Of a stretch of 18,257 nucleotides of DNA, positions 8,337-18,106 are shown one piece after another. The DNA comes from an uncultured Nitrososphaeraceae archaeon (lineage in GTDB: Archaea > Thermoproteota > Nitrososphaeria > Nitrososphaerales > Nitrososphaeraceae): contig CAVXZB010000009.1 in NCBI GenBank assembly GCA_963765895.1, forward strand, positions 1 through 18,257, read 5' to 3'. A program made the position numbers and the translations under genes. Every line of letters starts with the position of its first letter. Within the stretch, counting starts at the first letter, position 1. The notes beneath the pieces are model-generated. The model had not been told where the DNA came from. It was given only the letters and a program-made list of their open reading frames with translations, and ran no database searches.

Positions 8337-8555
8337 CTATGATCTAAGGTGTATTCTTGACCCAGTATCATTTGACCCCATTCCTCCAATGCAAGTATCA
8401 TATTTTGTAGTATTCTCAGGAAGGTATTTATTGGCACATGCCTGCCGCTGTTGGAAGGTACTTGCATATGAGACATTGGTATATGATAGGCTTCCTATTA
8501 GAATTCCTGTAATAGTTCCTACGGCTAGCAGTATTATAGGTACATTTTTGTTCAT
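8337..8555 (-). CDS. Small secreted protein with two cysteines (72 aa)
   Basis: Signal peptide MNKNVPIILLAVGTITGILIGSLSYTNVSYA. The mature part has a Cys pair. Confidence 0.7.
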   Translation of the reverse strand: MNKNVPIILLAVGTITGILIGSLSYTNVSYASTFQQRQACANKYLPENTTKYDTCIGGMGSNDTGSRIHLRS

Positions 8556-8766
8556 TAATTATACTTATAGAAGGTTACAATAATACATTACTATAGTACA
8601 AACCCGATGCATCCTCGTTTTCTACTCCCCTACAGTTTAGGAAATGACTATCATAACAATGTTGATTAGGAGCATAGCATGTTTTAGCGGAGATTGCAAG
8701 TCATAAAAGTCCCTATTATCGCAATAGTCACACAAGTTCTATATGAATATTCAGTTATTAGATTAG

Positions 8767-9000
8767 GAGATTCGGCCAAAATTCAGCAAAGTTGAATCTT
8801 ATTTGACAAATATCCATCAACTAGAAAGCCAAAGCCCGGACATAGGAACAAAGGTAGAGGAGTTGGAGGATTTAAATCAGTCACGTAGACAGCGCGATAA
8901 AGCAAAGGATGATGCTATAATTCAACTATCAGATCAACTTGTGTCTTTATCAGATAGGTTGCAAGAGATAGAAAGGAGACAGGATGTTGGCGCGCGCTAG
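8767..9000 (+). pseudogene. C-terminal coiled-coil remnant resembling Nitrososphaeraceae tyrosine recombinase/integrase tails, copy 1
   Basis: FSKVESYLTNIHQLESQSPDIGTKVEELEDLNQSRRQRDKAKDDAIIQLSDQLVSLSDRLQEIERRQ. From memory this resembles the post-catalytic tail (K.EPYLT...DI..KVEELE..NQ.LR.RD...DAI..LSDQ). The catalytic core is not visible. Confidence 0.55.
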
Positions 9001-9210
9001 GTCATGCTTTAACCAGAAACATATTGAATTGCGATTATGCGCACCTGATTATAAAGAATACAATGATTATGATAAAATATACTGCCTAGGCTCTCAAAAT
9101 TGCTTACTATGAGTCCAGGCCCTTGGTAAAATTATTCTGTTCTATAACTTTAGAAACATCACAAGATTGTTGTCAAAAGACTAAAGGCTCGTCTTTTTGC
9201 AACTTACACA

Positions 9211-9507
9211 TCACATCTTTGATAACAAATCCGCCTTGAGTTTCTGAAACTCCTCGTCAGATAATATTCCTTTCTGATGGAGATCAGCATATTTTTGCAA
9301 CTTCTGAGTGACATCTTCCTGCGGCGATTGAGATTGGGGTTGTTTTTGTTGTTGTAGAGATTCTATTTGCCTTTGCTGTGCTTCTATTTGTTGTTGTGAC
9401 GCTTGTTGTTGAGCTTGTCCTGCTTGTGCCTGTTGGTTCGCCTTAGCACCAGCACGACTTTTGGCTACACCTGCTCCTACTGCTGCTGCGGCCCATCTTC
9501 CTCTCAT
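9211..9507 (-). CDS. SHOCT domain protein with Gln-rich linker
   Basis: C-terminal QKLQKYADLHQKGILSDEEFQKLKADLL fits the SHOCT pattern. Ala/Gly-rich N-terminus. Confidence 0.85.
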   Translation of the reverse strand: MRGRWAAAAVGAGVAKSRAGAKANQQAQAGQAQQQASQQQIEAQQRQIESLQQQKQPQSQSPQEDVTQKLQKYADLHQKGILSDEEFQKLKADLLSKM

Positions 9508-9774
9508 ACCTTCAATAGAGTATATGTAGTTAATATACTTTCAGAAGGGAATTTCGCCATGTTACCTTAGCAATGAACATATTTGTGAATATTTCGAAAT
9601 GCTGTATGAGGATGTGGGCTGAAGGAATATCTTCATAGGAATTAGTGCTATGGATTGTTTGTGATGATTGTAAATCAGTACGCTAGCTGTAACTATTATC
9701 GATTTTGGGAATGATATCGAATTAACATAATGAAACTCACGATATTTTTATAATATTACTTTAACCGGTAATAC

Positions 9775-9862
9775 AAGTAAAAGTAAAAGTAAAAGTAAAA
9801 GTAAAAGTAAAAGTAAAAGTAAAAGTAAAAGTAAAAGTAAAAGTAAAAGTAAAAGTAAAAGT
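9775..9862. repeat. Perfect hexanucleotide microsatellite (AAGTAA), about 14.7 units
   Basis: 88 bp uninterrupted, read directly from the sequence. Confidence 0.98.
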
Positions 9863-9924
9863 GATTATGAAGATTAATGATATATAAACACCAACTTGGT
9901 ATGTATTTAATCCCACTACATAGA

Positions 9925-10168
9925 ACTTCAGATTAACTCCTGAGTATAGGACGATATTAATAGTTCAACAAGCGTATCTATATTATTAGATTCAAGTTAT
10001 TATCTAGAAAAATGTGGAAAGGACATTCAAAATGAACCAGAAGATTTGAAATAACTGAACTAATAGATAGGAGATCATGATAAAATGAAAGTTGACTCAA
10101 TAGCGCAACTGTCAGATCAACTTGTGTCTTTATCAGATAGATTACAGGAGATATAGAGCAGGCGTTGA
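9925..10168 (+). pseudogene. Integrase-like C-terminal remnant, copy 2 (heavily decayed)
   Basis: DIQNEPEDLK*LN**IGDHDKMKVDSIAQLSDQLVSLSDRLQEI* (10022-10156) aligns without gaps to copy 1. The DNA block TCAGATCAACTTGTGTCTTTATCAGATAG is identical in both. Confidence 0.6.
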
Positions 10169-10305
10169 CCATCAGTAACATATAACCATCAGTAACTGAG
10201 TTATCAATACATAGTACTTATCATAAGACTAATAATTGATGCAATTTCTGTTCTGATTAAAATAAATAAAAAAGGAGATTCTCTTTTGTCTGGTTGAGCG
10301 AGCTT

Positions 10306-10818
10306 TTATCCGACCTGAGTGCCAGTAATTTCTATGAATCTGTTATTGTTGCCAAAACCAATTGCTAATACTCGGTCTGTATTTGTGCTTTGGATTTGCT
10401 TCCAGCTAGCGCCGTGGCCGTCTATTGTAACCTTAAATGGGACATCCTGACCTTGTGCGTTTTTAGCATCGAGGGCAAATCTGGGAATTTGAACAGTTAA
10501 CGTTCCGCCAGTACTTCCAGGATTAATGACTATGTCTCCAGCTTTCAGCTCCGGGTTTCCAAGTATTCCAACCAGCGTTCCACCAGCAATGCTATATTTG
10601 ACTGTAAGGATTCCCGCATTTGCCGTCTTTAACTGATATTGGTTAGTGTATCCAGTTTTTAAGAGAGTTTGTAAAGTCGTAGGATTTAGCTGAGCGTTTA
10701 CTGCCTGTAGGGGCAGAGTAGCGATCAGAATTGCAAAGAACGACGAGAGAGTTAACAATGTTATCAAACTAGTTCTTTTGTTTTTTGTATAGTCGGAAGT
10801 TTTTTCTTTATTTAGCAT
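10306..10818 (-). CDS. Exported protein with the domain typical of thaumarchaeal PEFG-CTERM proteins, without the sorting tail
   Basis: Signal peptide, then YSIAGG...GTLTVQIPRFALDAK...FKVTIDG...RVLAIGF...IEITGTQVG. The protein ends where IPEFG plus a TM helix would normally follow. Confidence 0.75.
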   Translation of the reverse strand: MLNKEKTSDYTKNKRTSLITLLTLSSFFAILIATLPLQAVNAQLNPTTLQTLLKTGYTNQYQLKTANAGILTVKYSIAGGTLVGILGNPELKAGDIVINPGSTGGTLTVQIPRFALDAKNAQGQDVPFKVTIDGHGASWKQIQSTNTDRVLAIGFGNNNRFIEITGTQVG

Positions 10819-11067
10819 ATGAACTGATAGTAGTTGCAGCTGTATTAAATCTTTAGTAAACCATATTAATTCATGTCAAAATTATTTCTAGTTACTGCAT
10901 GGATCAAATAGTCTGAAACTAAAACTATGCAGCTCTATGTTAGAATCTGGAGGTTAAACCGAGGAGTCATGATACCAATAATTAGGAACGTTTAACTACA
11001 ACAGTCACGTATACGTCTATGATGTTAATAATCAAGGAGTTGCATTAATTTTTGCATATGAATAACT

Positions 11068-11673
11068 TTGAAAACTGAAGCCACGATGAAATCTACTAAA
11101 GGTATTCGAATCTCACAAATTGTACCTGGAGCTATTGCCATAGCGCTATCGCTTGCAGTTATCTCAAGTCCTAGAGTTGGTATTGCAACTATAACTATCC
11201 TTCTTTCTATTACATTACTAGTTGTAGGAATTGAGAGGTTAGTTACAGGCTTTGCACAATCAGAACAACAACCTAAGTCATCTAGATATGGAAATATCGG
11301 TCTAGGTGCTTTAGCTGCTTTATTAGGAATTGCAGTTTTAGCATTTCCTCTGTTTACAACAGGCGTGTTAGTTACTTTGCTAGCTCTTGGTCTGCTTTTC
11401 ATAGGAATTGCTAGAATTGTTCATGGCATCTCGGATAAAAATATTTCAAAATGGTCAAAGGGCTTTCTCGTAGGTGTAGGTATTTTGTCTTTGGCAGTAT
11501 CTTTTACCGTATTTGCATACCCAGCATTTGGTGTATTTCTTTTGACGCTAATATTAGGTATTAGCCTACTAATAATAGGGATACAAAGCGTTGCATATGC
11601 TGTATCGGGTCATCAGAGAAGAACATATAATTCAACTACTGCTACTGCTACTACGCTAGAACACGGGAGATAG
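11068..11673 (+). CDS. HdeD/DUF308 family membrane protein
   Basis: About six TM segments with repeated G..AI.L...P and LL..GI.R motifs. Followed by a T-run at about 11697-11702. Confidence 0.85.
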   Translation: MKTEATMKSTKGIRISQIVPGAIAIALSLAVISSPRVGIATITILLSITLLVVGIERLVTGFAQSEQQPKSSRYGNIGLGALAALLGIAVLAFPLFTTGVLVTLLALGLLFIGIARIVHGISDKNISKWSKGFLVGVGILSLAVSFTVFAYPAFGVFLLTLILGISLLIIGIQSVAYAVSGHQRRTYNSTTATATTLEHGR

Positions 11674-12030
11674 AAAGGCCAGAGATCTAGTCATCCTTTT
11701 TTATAGATAAATCAAGATTTACAAGTTTCTTGCAAATTTTTTGGGTAGTTCTGTAAACTCGGACAACTTAGAACCTATCCGAAAAGTAGTTGATTTTAAT
11801 TGAGCTATAGCAAACTGACTTGATTTATACTACTACTCCGCTGCATCTAATCATCTCTCCTTTGTTAATTACTTGTAACTCTCATCTACTGGTCCGGATC
11901 TGATTCAATTCAGTCTTCAGATTTGGCTGTGTGGGCAACTTATAACTAGGTATTGTATATACCCATTAGTAACTGTCTAACTTGAATACAATAAATAGTG
12001 AATAAAGCGTTACGCAGTATGGAAAATATT

Positions 12031-12116
12031 GTCTCATTGATTATAATCTAGACAGAAGGTGCTGACAACATATGAACATTTCATGTACACTATACACATG
12101 CTGAACAAGAACAAGA
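12031..12116. repeat. 86-bp dispersed direct repeat, copy B
   Basis: 85/86 identical to 8209-8294. Ends 70 bp upstream of the isochorismatase-family gene. Confidence 0.95.
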
Positions 12117-12185
12117 ATCAGCCTTACCACAGCATGTCTGTAACTAAAAGTTTATCTTTAAGCGGAATAGTATTCAGTATGGAAA

Positions 12186-12944
12186 TTGTTTAAAGTCACT
12201 TTGCCTTCAGGCCGCACCGTGGCACCGGCATTGATAGTTATAGATATGCAGAATGGTTTCGTGTCAAAGGGAGGATCGTATGATAAAATTGGTATGAACA
12301 CCTCACTGTATAGAGAGATTATTCCAAAGATTAAAGATTTAATTGAATTCTGCAGGAGTATGGGTATTCCTGTCTTTTACACCGAAGCAGTAAAGGAGGA
12401 TAGTGGCATCGATATTCTTACGAACGTCCATAACATCTTACCCAAATCAAGACAGGAGAGATTGAAAGTACCCATATGTATTAGAGGTACTTGGGATGGT
12501 GTAACTATCGATGAACTAAAACCTAAAGAGAAAGATCCCGTAGTTCTAAAACGAAGAGATTCTGCTTTCCTAGATACAGAATTCCGAATTATGCTTCAGA
12601 GCCAGGGTATTAATTTCTTGGTATTTACTGGAATTGATACTTCTATTTGTGTAGAGACTTCATTAAGGGAAGGATTTAACATAGGTTACGATGTGATGAT
12701 AATATCTGATGCTACAGCATCAGGTGATAAGAGACATTATGAAACAACCCTGGAAAGAGTAAGAGATTACTATGGACTAGTAATGGATACTGAGAAGTTT
12801 AAAGAAGCGGTCAGAAAACTAGACAAGATGCGAAAAGGTGAAGCTAAAGCTTTTTTGGAGTCAGAAGAAGAAGCCGAAGCCTTTTTGGAGGAATTTAATT
12901 TACTAGACCCCAGGAAATTTCCTGCTGAACAAATTAACCTTTAG
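12186..12944 (+). CDS. Isochorismatase-family cysteine hydrolase (amidase)
   Basis: Catalytic triad motifs ALIVIDMQNGF (Asp), LKRRDSAF (Lys) and GIDTSICVETS (Cys). Confidence 0.93.
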   Translation: MFKVTLPSGRTVAPALIVIDMQNGFVSKGGSYDKIGMNTSLYREIIPKIKDLIEFCRSMGIPVFYTEAVKEDSGIDILTNVHNILPKSRQERLKVPICIRGTWDGVTIDELKPKEKDPVVLKRRDSAFLDTEFRIMLQSQGINFLVFTGIDTSICVETSLREGFNIGYDVMIISDATASGDKRHYETTLERVRDYYGLVMDTEKFKEAVRKLDKMRKGEAKAFLESEEEAEAFLEEFNLLDPRKFPAEQINL

Positions 12945-13482
12945 AATAGGTTTGTAGTGGTAGTCAGTCGAAATACAAAATCGAATGGTCTATCTTCACT
13001 CGGAGTTGGTTTACTTGTTTGCTACCAAGTTAAGTTAACTAGATTTCTCTACTATATGTAGGCATTAAAGGTCTGGCAATAACCTCTATGGTTCATCATG
13101 GTTTCATCCTTATATCATTTATCATTTATTGTAGAGTTGAACTGCATTAGCCACATATGTCGTGATTTCTCTATCCGTGTTATGTTATTATCTTAATTCC
13201 ATAATACAGGATTGATTTTTTTTGTTAAAAATACTAAAATTAATTCCATAGCTGTATAACCAGAAAGTGTAATACATAGTAAATATGAACTGGAAATGCG
13301 GTTATAGATATAGCCATAATTTTGTTTATCGCACTACTGTGAGGTTTGTTTTCTATCGGGATGGTTAGTTATTATGTTCTTAGATATCGTAATCGTGTGA
13401 TGACAGTTTATCTAGATAGATGTGTGTTACTGTAGTCAGATACTCACAGCTTTAAAGGTTCATGCCACGTCGTCACTCAATA

Positions 13483-14787
13483 TCATTGTTTATTACTAGC
13501 TGGCTCTGGGCGAGGTTTAGGTAGCAGTGGAGCGACTGCCTTGGAAACTATGAAACCTATTACTGCGCCTATGACAATGACTGGTATAAGGTCCGTTTGT
13601 CCTCCGAATAGCCCCAGTAGCAGGGCAAGTGTTAATGGAATTGGAAAAAATGCACATGCAGCACCTGCCATACCTGCAAGTACACCCACACCTTGTGGAA
13701 TGAATGTTAGAATTTCTGATATGGCCTGTCCTAGCGTACCACCTATAAATAGTAATGGAAAGATTGGACCGCCTCCAAAGCCTGTAGCAAATGAAGTACT
13801 TGTAAGCAACATCTTGAATAGCATCATCAAAAGTAGTATCCCTATACCGTATGCAGCAGGGTTATGAACAATTTGTAGTAACTGGTTCTGGCCAGAGAAA
13901 AGTGTCAATGGAAGAAATGAACCAATCAAGCCGATAATCAAGCCGCCTATGATAGAACGAGCAACCGGTTTCTTATTATTAAGTCGGCCAAAAACACGAT
14001 GGACAAGTCCGAATACTACTTTGAACAAGGTCCCAATTAGCGCCGCGATGATCCCCACTAGCAATGCCCAAACAAGGTCAACTACACGAAGAGCGGCAAA
14101 GTTAGGGAAGCTGTACACACCTAGATATGATGTATGCAGGATCGCAAAGTAGACACCATAACCCACTGCTCCTGCAATGAGTCCAGGGATCAGGTGACGA
14201 TACAAATTTAGCTCCTTGATGAACATGTACTCGACTGCACCCACTGCCCCAACTATGGGAGACCCAAAGAAACCGCCAAATGCTCCTGCGATGGCACTGT
14301 AAACTAGTACTTGGACATCGTCTTTCTGGAGCTTCAGCCGTTCAGACACAAAGGTTCCTAATCCACCAGTAAGAAAAACAAGTGTCCCCTCAGGACCAAT
14401 TGCAGCACCACTCCATAATGCTATAAATCCTTGAAGAAGGATACTTGGTAGGTTACGGTAGTTGAGGCCACCGGTCTGTGCGTATTCGGTTTGAGCAACG
14501 CCCAGACCTCCACGCTGTCCAAAGAACTTGATCACAAGGCCAATGAAAACACCGGCTATGCCCAACAGGATAAGAGGCCAAAAGTTAATGTTATACAGGT
14601 ATACGCTATGCTGCCCAAAGAACTTGATACCCTGATTGTAGAGTGTGATGTATCCAGTAGTTATAAGAGAGGAAAGGCCACCGAATAACCCGGCGTAGAG
14701 CATTAGCCTATAATATCCGCCTTTCAATCTCGATTCTTCTGCGTCACTACTCATCGACATTTCCATCCGCTGTGTCTCTAACATCAA
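13483..14787 (-). CDS. ClC (voltage-gated chloride channel) family transporter without CBS domains
   Basis: Highly hydrophobic 434 aa with GAAIGPEG, AGAFGGFFGSP and GFGGGPIFPLLFIG motifs. Confidence 0.9.
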   Translation of the reverse strand: MMLETQRMEMSMSSDAEESRLKGGYYRLMLYAGLFGGLSSLITTGYITLYNQGIKFFGQHSVYLYNINFWPLILLGIAGVFIGLVIKFFGQRGGLGVAQTEYAQTGGLNYRNLPSILLQGFIALWSGAAIGPEGTLVFLTGGLGTFVSERLKLQKDDVQVLVYSAIAGAFGGFFGSPIVGAVGAVEYMFIKELNLYRHLIPGLIAGAVGYGVYFAILHTSYLGVYSFPNFAALRVVDLVWALLVGIIAALIGTLFKVVFGLVHRVFGRLNNKKPVARSIIGGLIIGLIGSFLPLTLFSGQNQLLQIVHNPAAYGIGILLLMMLFKMLLTSTSFATGFGGGPIFPLLFIGGTLGQAISEILTFIPQGVGVLAGMAGAACAFFPIPLTLALLLGLFGGQTDLIPVIVIGAVIGFIVSKAVAPLLPKPRPEPASNKQ

Positions 14788-15104
14788 AGTCTATACTTCT
14801 ACGAACAGAATTAGCCTGATCTGTAGTTTCATTTGAGTAAGGGGCTTGTGACTGCATTATACGAATCACTCCTTGCTAATCGGCGTTGATAAACATGCCG
14901 CTATTATTTTCTATGCCCTCTGGCTAACGAGAAGTGCATCTAAGAGCAGAACCACTCAGACACATTTAAGAAAGCCTCTATGACCAGCTCTGAATAAATC
15001 CATCGCTCAGCAATCAGACAATTAGACAGGAACACGTTACTTTACAAGACGTAGATATTTCACAATTATACGATGAAATAAGAAATATCTCAAAAATTCT
15101 CAAA

Positions 15105-15458
15105 TTGGATATAATTCATGAAGAGAAAGAAGAAAACTATTGGGATTTAAAGGCAAATAAAGGTACTTTGAGCAGCGTTATAATTGGGAATGTGCTGGAC
15201 GTTGAAATAATGATAAGCGGTAAAGAAGGTAATTATGATTTAATCTTTGCGTACTGGCGCATGGGACAAGGATATAGTGGTTCAACAGTTATACCAGGTG
15301 CTCTGACTGCTGGAGTGGCTCGCAATTCCTGCTGCCGCAGTATCAAATTATAGAGCACATTCATTTAAGAAAAATTTCTGGGATTTTATAAAAAAAGACA
15401 ATGTCCGACATCGGAAGTGATAAAACAACAATGTCAACCGGTAATAGTGACACATTAA
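15105..15458 (+). pseudogene. Frameshifted hypothetical protein
   Basis: YWDLKANKGTLSSVIIGNVLDVEIMISGKEGNYDLI continues across frames as LRTGAWDKDIVV, PGALTAGV and AIPAAAVSNYRAHSF.KNFWDFIKK. Confidence 0.5.
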
Positions 15459-15831
15459 ATAAGAACTGGCACACCAGCGTTTGTAATCTCTAAGTGTAAA
15501 GAAGACAAATATTCTTGGGGGTTTCTCGATTAGACAAGGAATAGCAGTATTACTAGCTGGCGGCGTTCTTTTGGTTGTTGGTTTGGCCGGGACAATCTCT
15601 TCGATCGCCTCGCTTTTCAGCGTGGCAGATTTACTGCCCTAGATCTACAGGTTCTCCAGACACTACTAAATTACAATTGTACTAAAATAGATGAGTAAAT
15701 GCTCGGAAGTACCAACTACCGATATAGAGGACACCATTTCCGCAGGTATCCTTAGATCTTTGATAAGACGATCTATATCTAGTATGTCTGATGACAATAA
15801 TAAATATACGAGATGATGTGAATACAATCTT

Positions 15832-16014
15832 ATGAATTCCAGTATCAATAGAGCTTTGATATTTCTAGGAGGAGGTTCGCTTGGTGTATATGAAGCCGGC
15901 ACTTACAAAGCTATCAATGAGGATCTTTCAGCATACTTTAGAACGGTAGGCAGGGAAAGCGAGCCAATATTTCATATCGTATCCGGAACATCAATAAGTC
16001 TAATCATGAATTGA
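15832..16014 (+). pseudogene. Truncated patatin-like phospholipase (N-terminal 60 aa only)
   Basis: RALIFLGGGSLGVYEAG glycine loop and IVSGTSI nucleophile elbow, then a stop. No catalytic Asp (DG motif). Confidence 0.85.
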
Positions 16015-16131
16015 CAGACTCTGTATTTGCTTTCTTGAGATAATCAGCAAGTCCATGGTTCATAGTATTCAATTGTTTGGGCGATACTGTATGTAATGAA
16101 ATCAATGCTATTATTATGGCAGCAAATGGGT

Positions 16132-17055
16132 TTATGCTTGATTCCCATCATGTAGGCTTTTTACTCTCTCAAGATAGAATCTGTGGATGTTACTAGCTAT
16201 CTCGTCAAGGCAATCTTCCGTAGCAAAGTGTCCTGAATCAAGCCTATGTATCTCAGCGTTAGATAGATCCTTTAGGTAAGCCTCGCCGCCTTCTCTAGTA
16301 AAGAATATATCATTTTGTCCCCAGAAAATCAATGACTTCGGTTGATTCTCCTGTAAGAATTTTTGCCATTTTGGGTATAGTGCTACGTTAATGCGATAGT
16401 CATAGAACAAATCCATCTGTACGCGTCTCGCATTTGGCCGCTCCATAAACCTAAAGTCTATGTTCCAATTATCTGGACTGATGATTTCTGTTTGCTTGTG
16501 GCCGTGTAGGTAGACTTGCTTTATCGTCTCGAGTTGTAGAAACCCATATAGAGGAGCTTCCGCTTCAGGAGGACCATTCCTCCAAAGCGCGTTACGCAAG
16601 CCATCCCATGCACTGGTAAAGCCAATTTCATATGTATTTGAGTTCTGTATTATTAGCCACTCAAGCCATTCAGGATGCCGAGTCATGATTCGGAAGCCTA
16701 CAGGCCCACCATAGTCTTGCATGTAAAGTCCAAAATGTGTAAAACCTATGGTCTTCAAAAAATCTTCCATTATCTCAGAGAGTCGATCGAAGGTGTAATT
16801 GAATTCATCCGGACTAGGCATATCAGAGTTCCCAAACCCAGGGTAGTCGGGTGAGACGACATGAAAATGGTCCGCCAGAGCTGGAATAAGATTACGGTAT
16901 TGATGAGAAGAAGCAGGCCAGCCATGAAGCAAGAGTAGCTTCGGATTAGTTGGTTCCCCTGATTCTCTGTAAAAAATAGACAGCCCATCAATTGTTACTG
17001 TTCTGTGAAGTGTACGTGTGCTAAGCAATTTTTGATTTGAAACTTGTTTGTTCAT
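16132..17055 (-). CDS. Alpha/beta hydrolase (epoxide hydrolase/haloalkane dehalogenase-like)
   Basis: LLLHGWP oxyanion motif, PDYPGFGNS, QDYGG Asp nucleophile, WGQND and SGHF catalytic His. Confidence 0.93.
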   Translation of the reverse strand: MNKQVSNQKLLSTRTLHRTVTIDGLSIFYRESGEPTNPKLLLLHGWPASSHQYRNLIPALADHFHVVSPDYPGFGNSDMPSPDEFNYTFDRLSEIMEDFLKTIGFTHFGLYMQDYGGPVGFRIMTRHPEWLEWLIIQNSNTYEIGFTSAWDGLRNALWRNGPPEAEAPLYGFLQLETIKQVYLHGHKQTEIISPDNWNIDFRFMERPNARRVQMDLFYDYRINVALYPKWQKFLQENQPKSLIFWGQNDIFFTREGGEAYLKDLSNAEIHRLDSGHFATEDCLDEIASNIHRFYLERVKSLHDGNQA

Positions 17056-17074
17056 GTTAAACGAAACTCTCTAT

Positions 17075-17721
17075 CTATATACTTAACAATTGGGGTTTAC
17101 CAGTACCTTCCTGTAAGCCAGTCGACGCAATAGTTGCAGTACGTTTGATTATAAGATCATGATACTCTGAAAAACGATCTTCAAGATTTTCTGGAACAGC
17201 TTTGTAAAGACATGGTCCAGTTATAGGCGTTTCAGACCCTTTGATTGCTTCATTAGACATATTTTCAAGTTGGAGAGCGTCCTCATATCTTCCCTGTTCG
17301 ATTAATTTAGTTGGCGAAGTGGCCAAGATATTTAGTCCATTTTTTGATCTCTGCTTTGCCAGTTCCCCGATATCGCGTATACTATTAAGACTTGGCATAA
17401 CAGAAAACTGCCGTCATCATAAAAACCTTCATCGGCTGGAATTACTATTATATCTTGTGAGTTGAATAGAAAATTTACATTTTCGACTTTGTCAATTGAT
17501 TCTATGAATTTCTGTTGTTCTTTTGTGTAGATATGGAAGACATTAATCTGATTGCAATCAATGCCTCGCCTTACATAGGCATTAACAATCTCCTTAAATT
17601 GTGATTCATTATTATATGTAAAGACGACATGGTCACAATCCTTCATTTCTAAGATAATATCACTTACATAATCCATCTTGTTGTATAAGGCTTCTTGCTC
17701 ATCGAGAAATTGATTTATCAT
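17075..17721 (-). pseudogene. MEDS (DcmR-like sensory) domain protein split by one frameshift near 17404
   Basis: DHVVFTY...AYVRRGI in 17332-17721 and ALQLE...GPCLY...HDLII in 17075-17398. Adding one T to the T4 run (A4 at 17404-17407 on the + strand) fuses them as GSFSVMPSLN. Could be a sequencing error. Confidence 0.75.
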
Positions 17722-18106
17722 ATGTCTTACCAGCTCTCATTACTGACATACCCATACTTTTGGCCCTAAGTGTTTCTCAGGAAATAATCCAGTCTTTGGA
17801 TCAGAAGTTTTCGAAGGTGCACATAATACCAATCCTTACGTCCCATAACATGAATAGTAATATGTGCTATTATAGTATTGCATCTTATTGAATAGGTATC
17901 AATACAGCATATTCAAGCAATCACTTATCTAATAAGTATTCTGATTATATGCGTTTGGAGACGTATAGTAGAAGCCCTTGGATATCATAAATCCTGTTAC
18001 TGTCTCGATAACTGTAATCGACTAAAGATTAGTTTGTCGGTTAGGAAACTAGTAAGTGAGATATCAGACCGACCGACTACTACGGCGCGCTTATGATAAC
18101 ACAATC

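Noticed and set aside
9775-9862. CRISPR array
   Set aside because: Contiguous 6-bp units with no spacers. No regularly spaced 24-40 bp repeats or cas genes were seen in the window.
257-12116. Classical integron with attC cassettes
   Set aside because: No intact IntI, and no repeated attC-like hairpins with RYYYAAC...GTTRRRY ends were found between the small genes.
13483-14787. Fluoride-specific CLC-F assignment
   Set aside because: The motifs read GPEGT and GGPIFP rather than the GREGT/GEVTP signature. Substrate cannot be assigned from this sequence.
7545-17465. Shadow ORFs such as 7545-7847, 8389-8583, 9978-10181, 11025-11402, 13541-13867, 13949-14152, 14491-14688, 16770-16991 and 17241-17465
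   Set aside because: They overlap better-supported genes or remnants on the opposite strand or in another frame.
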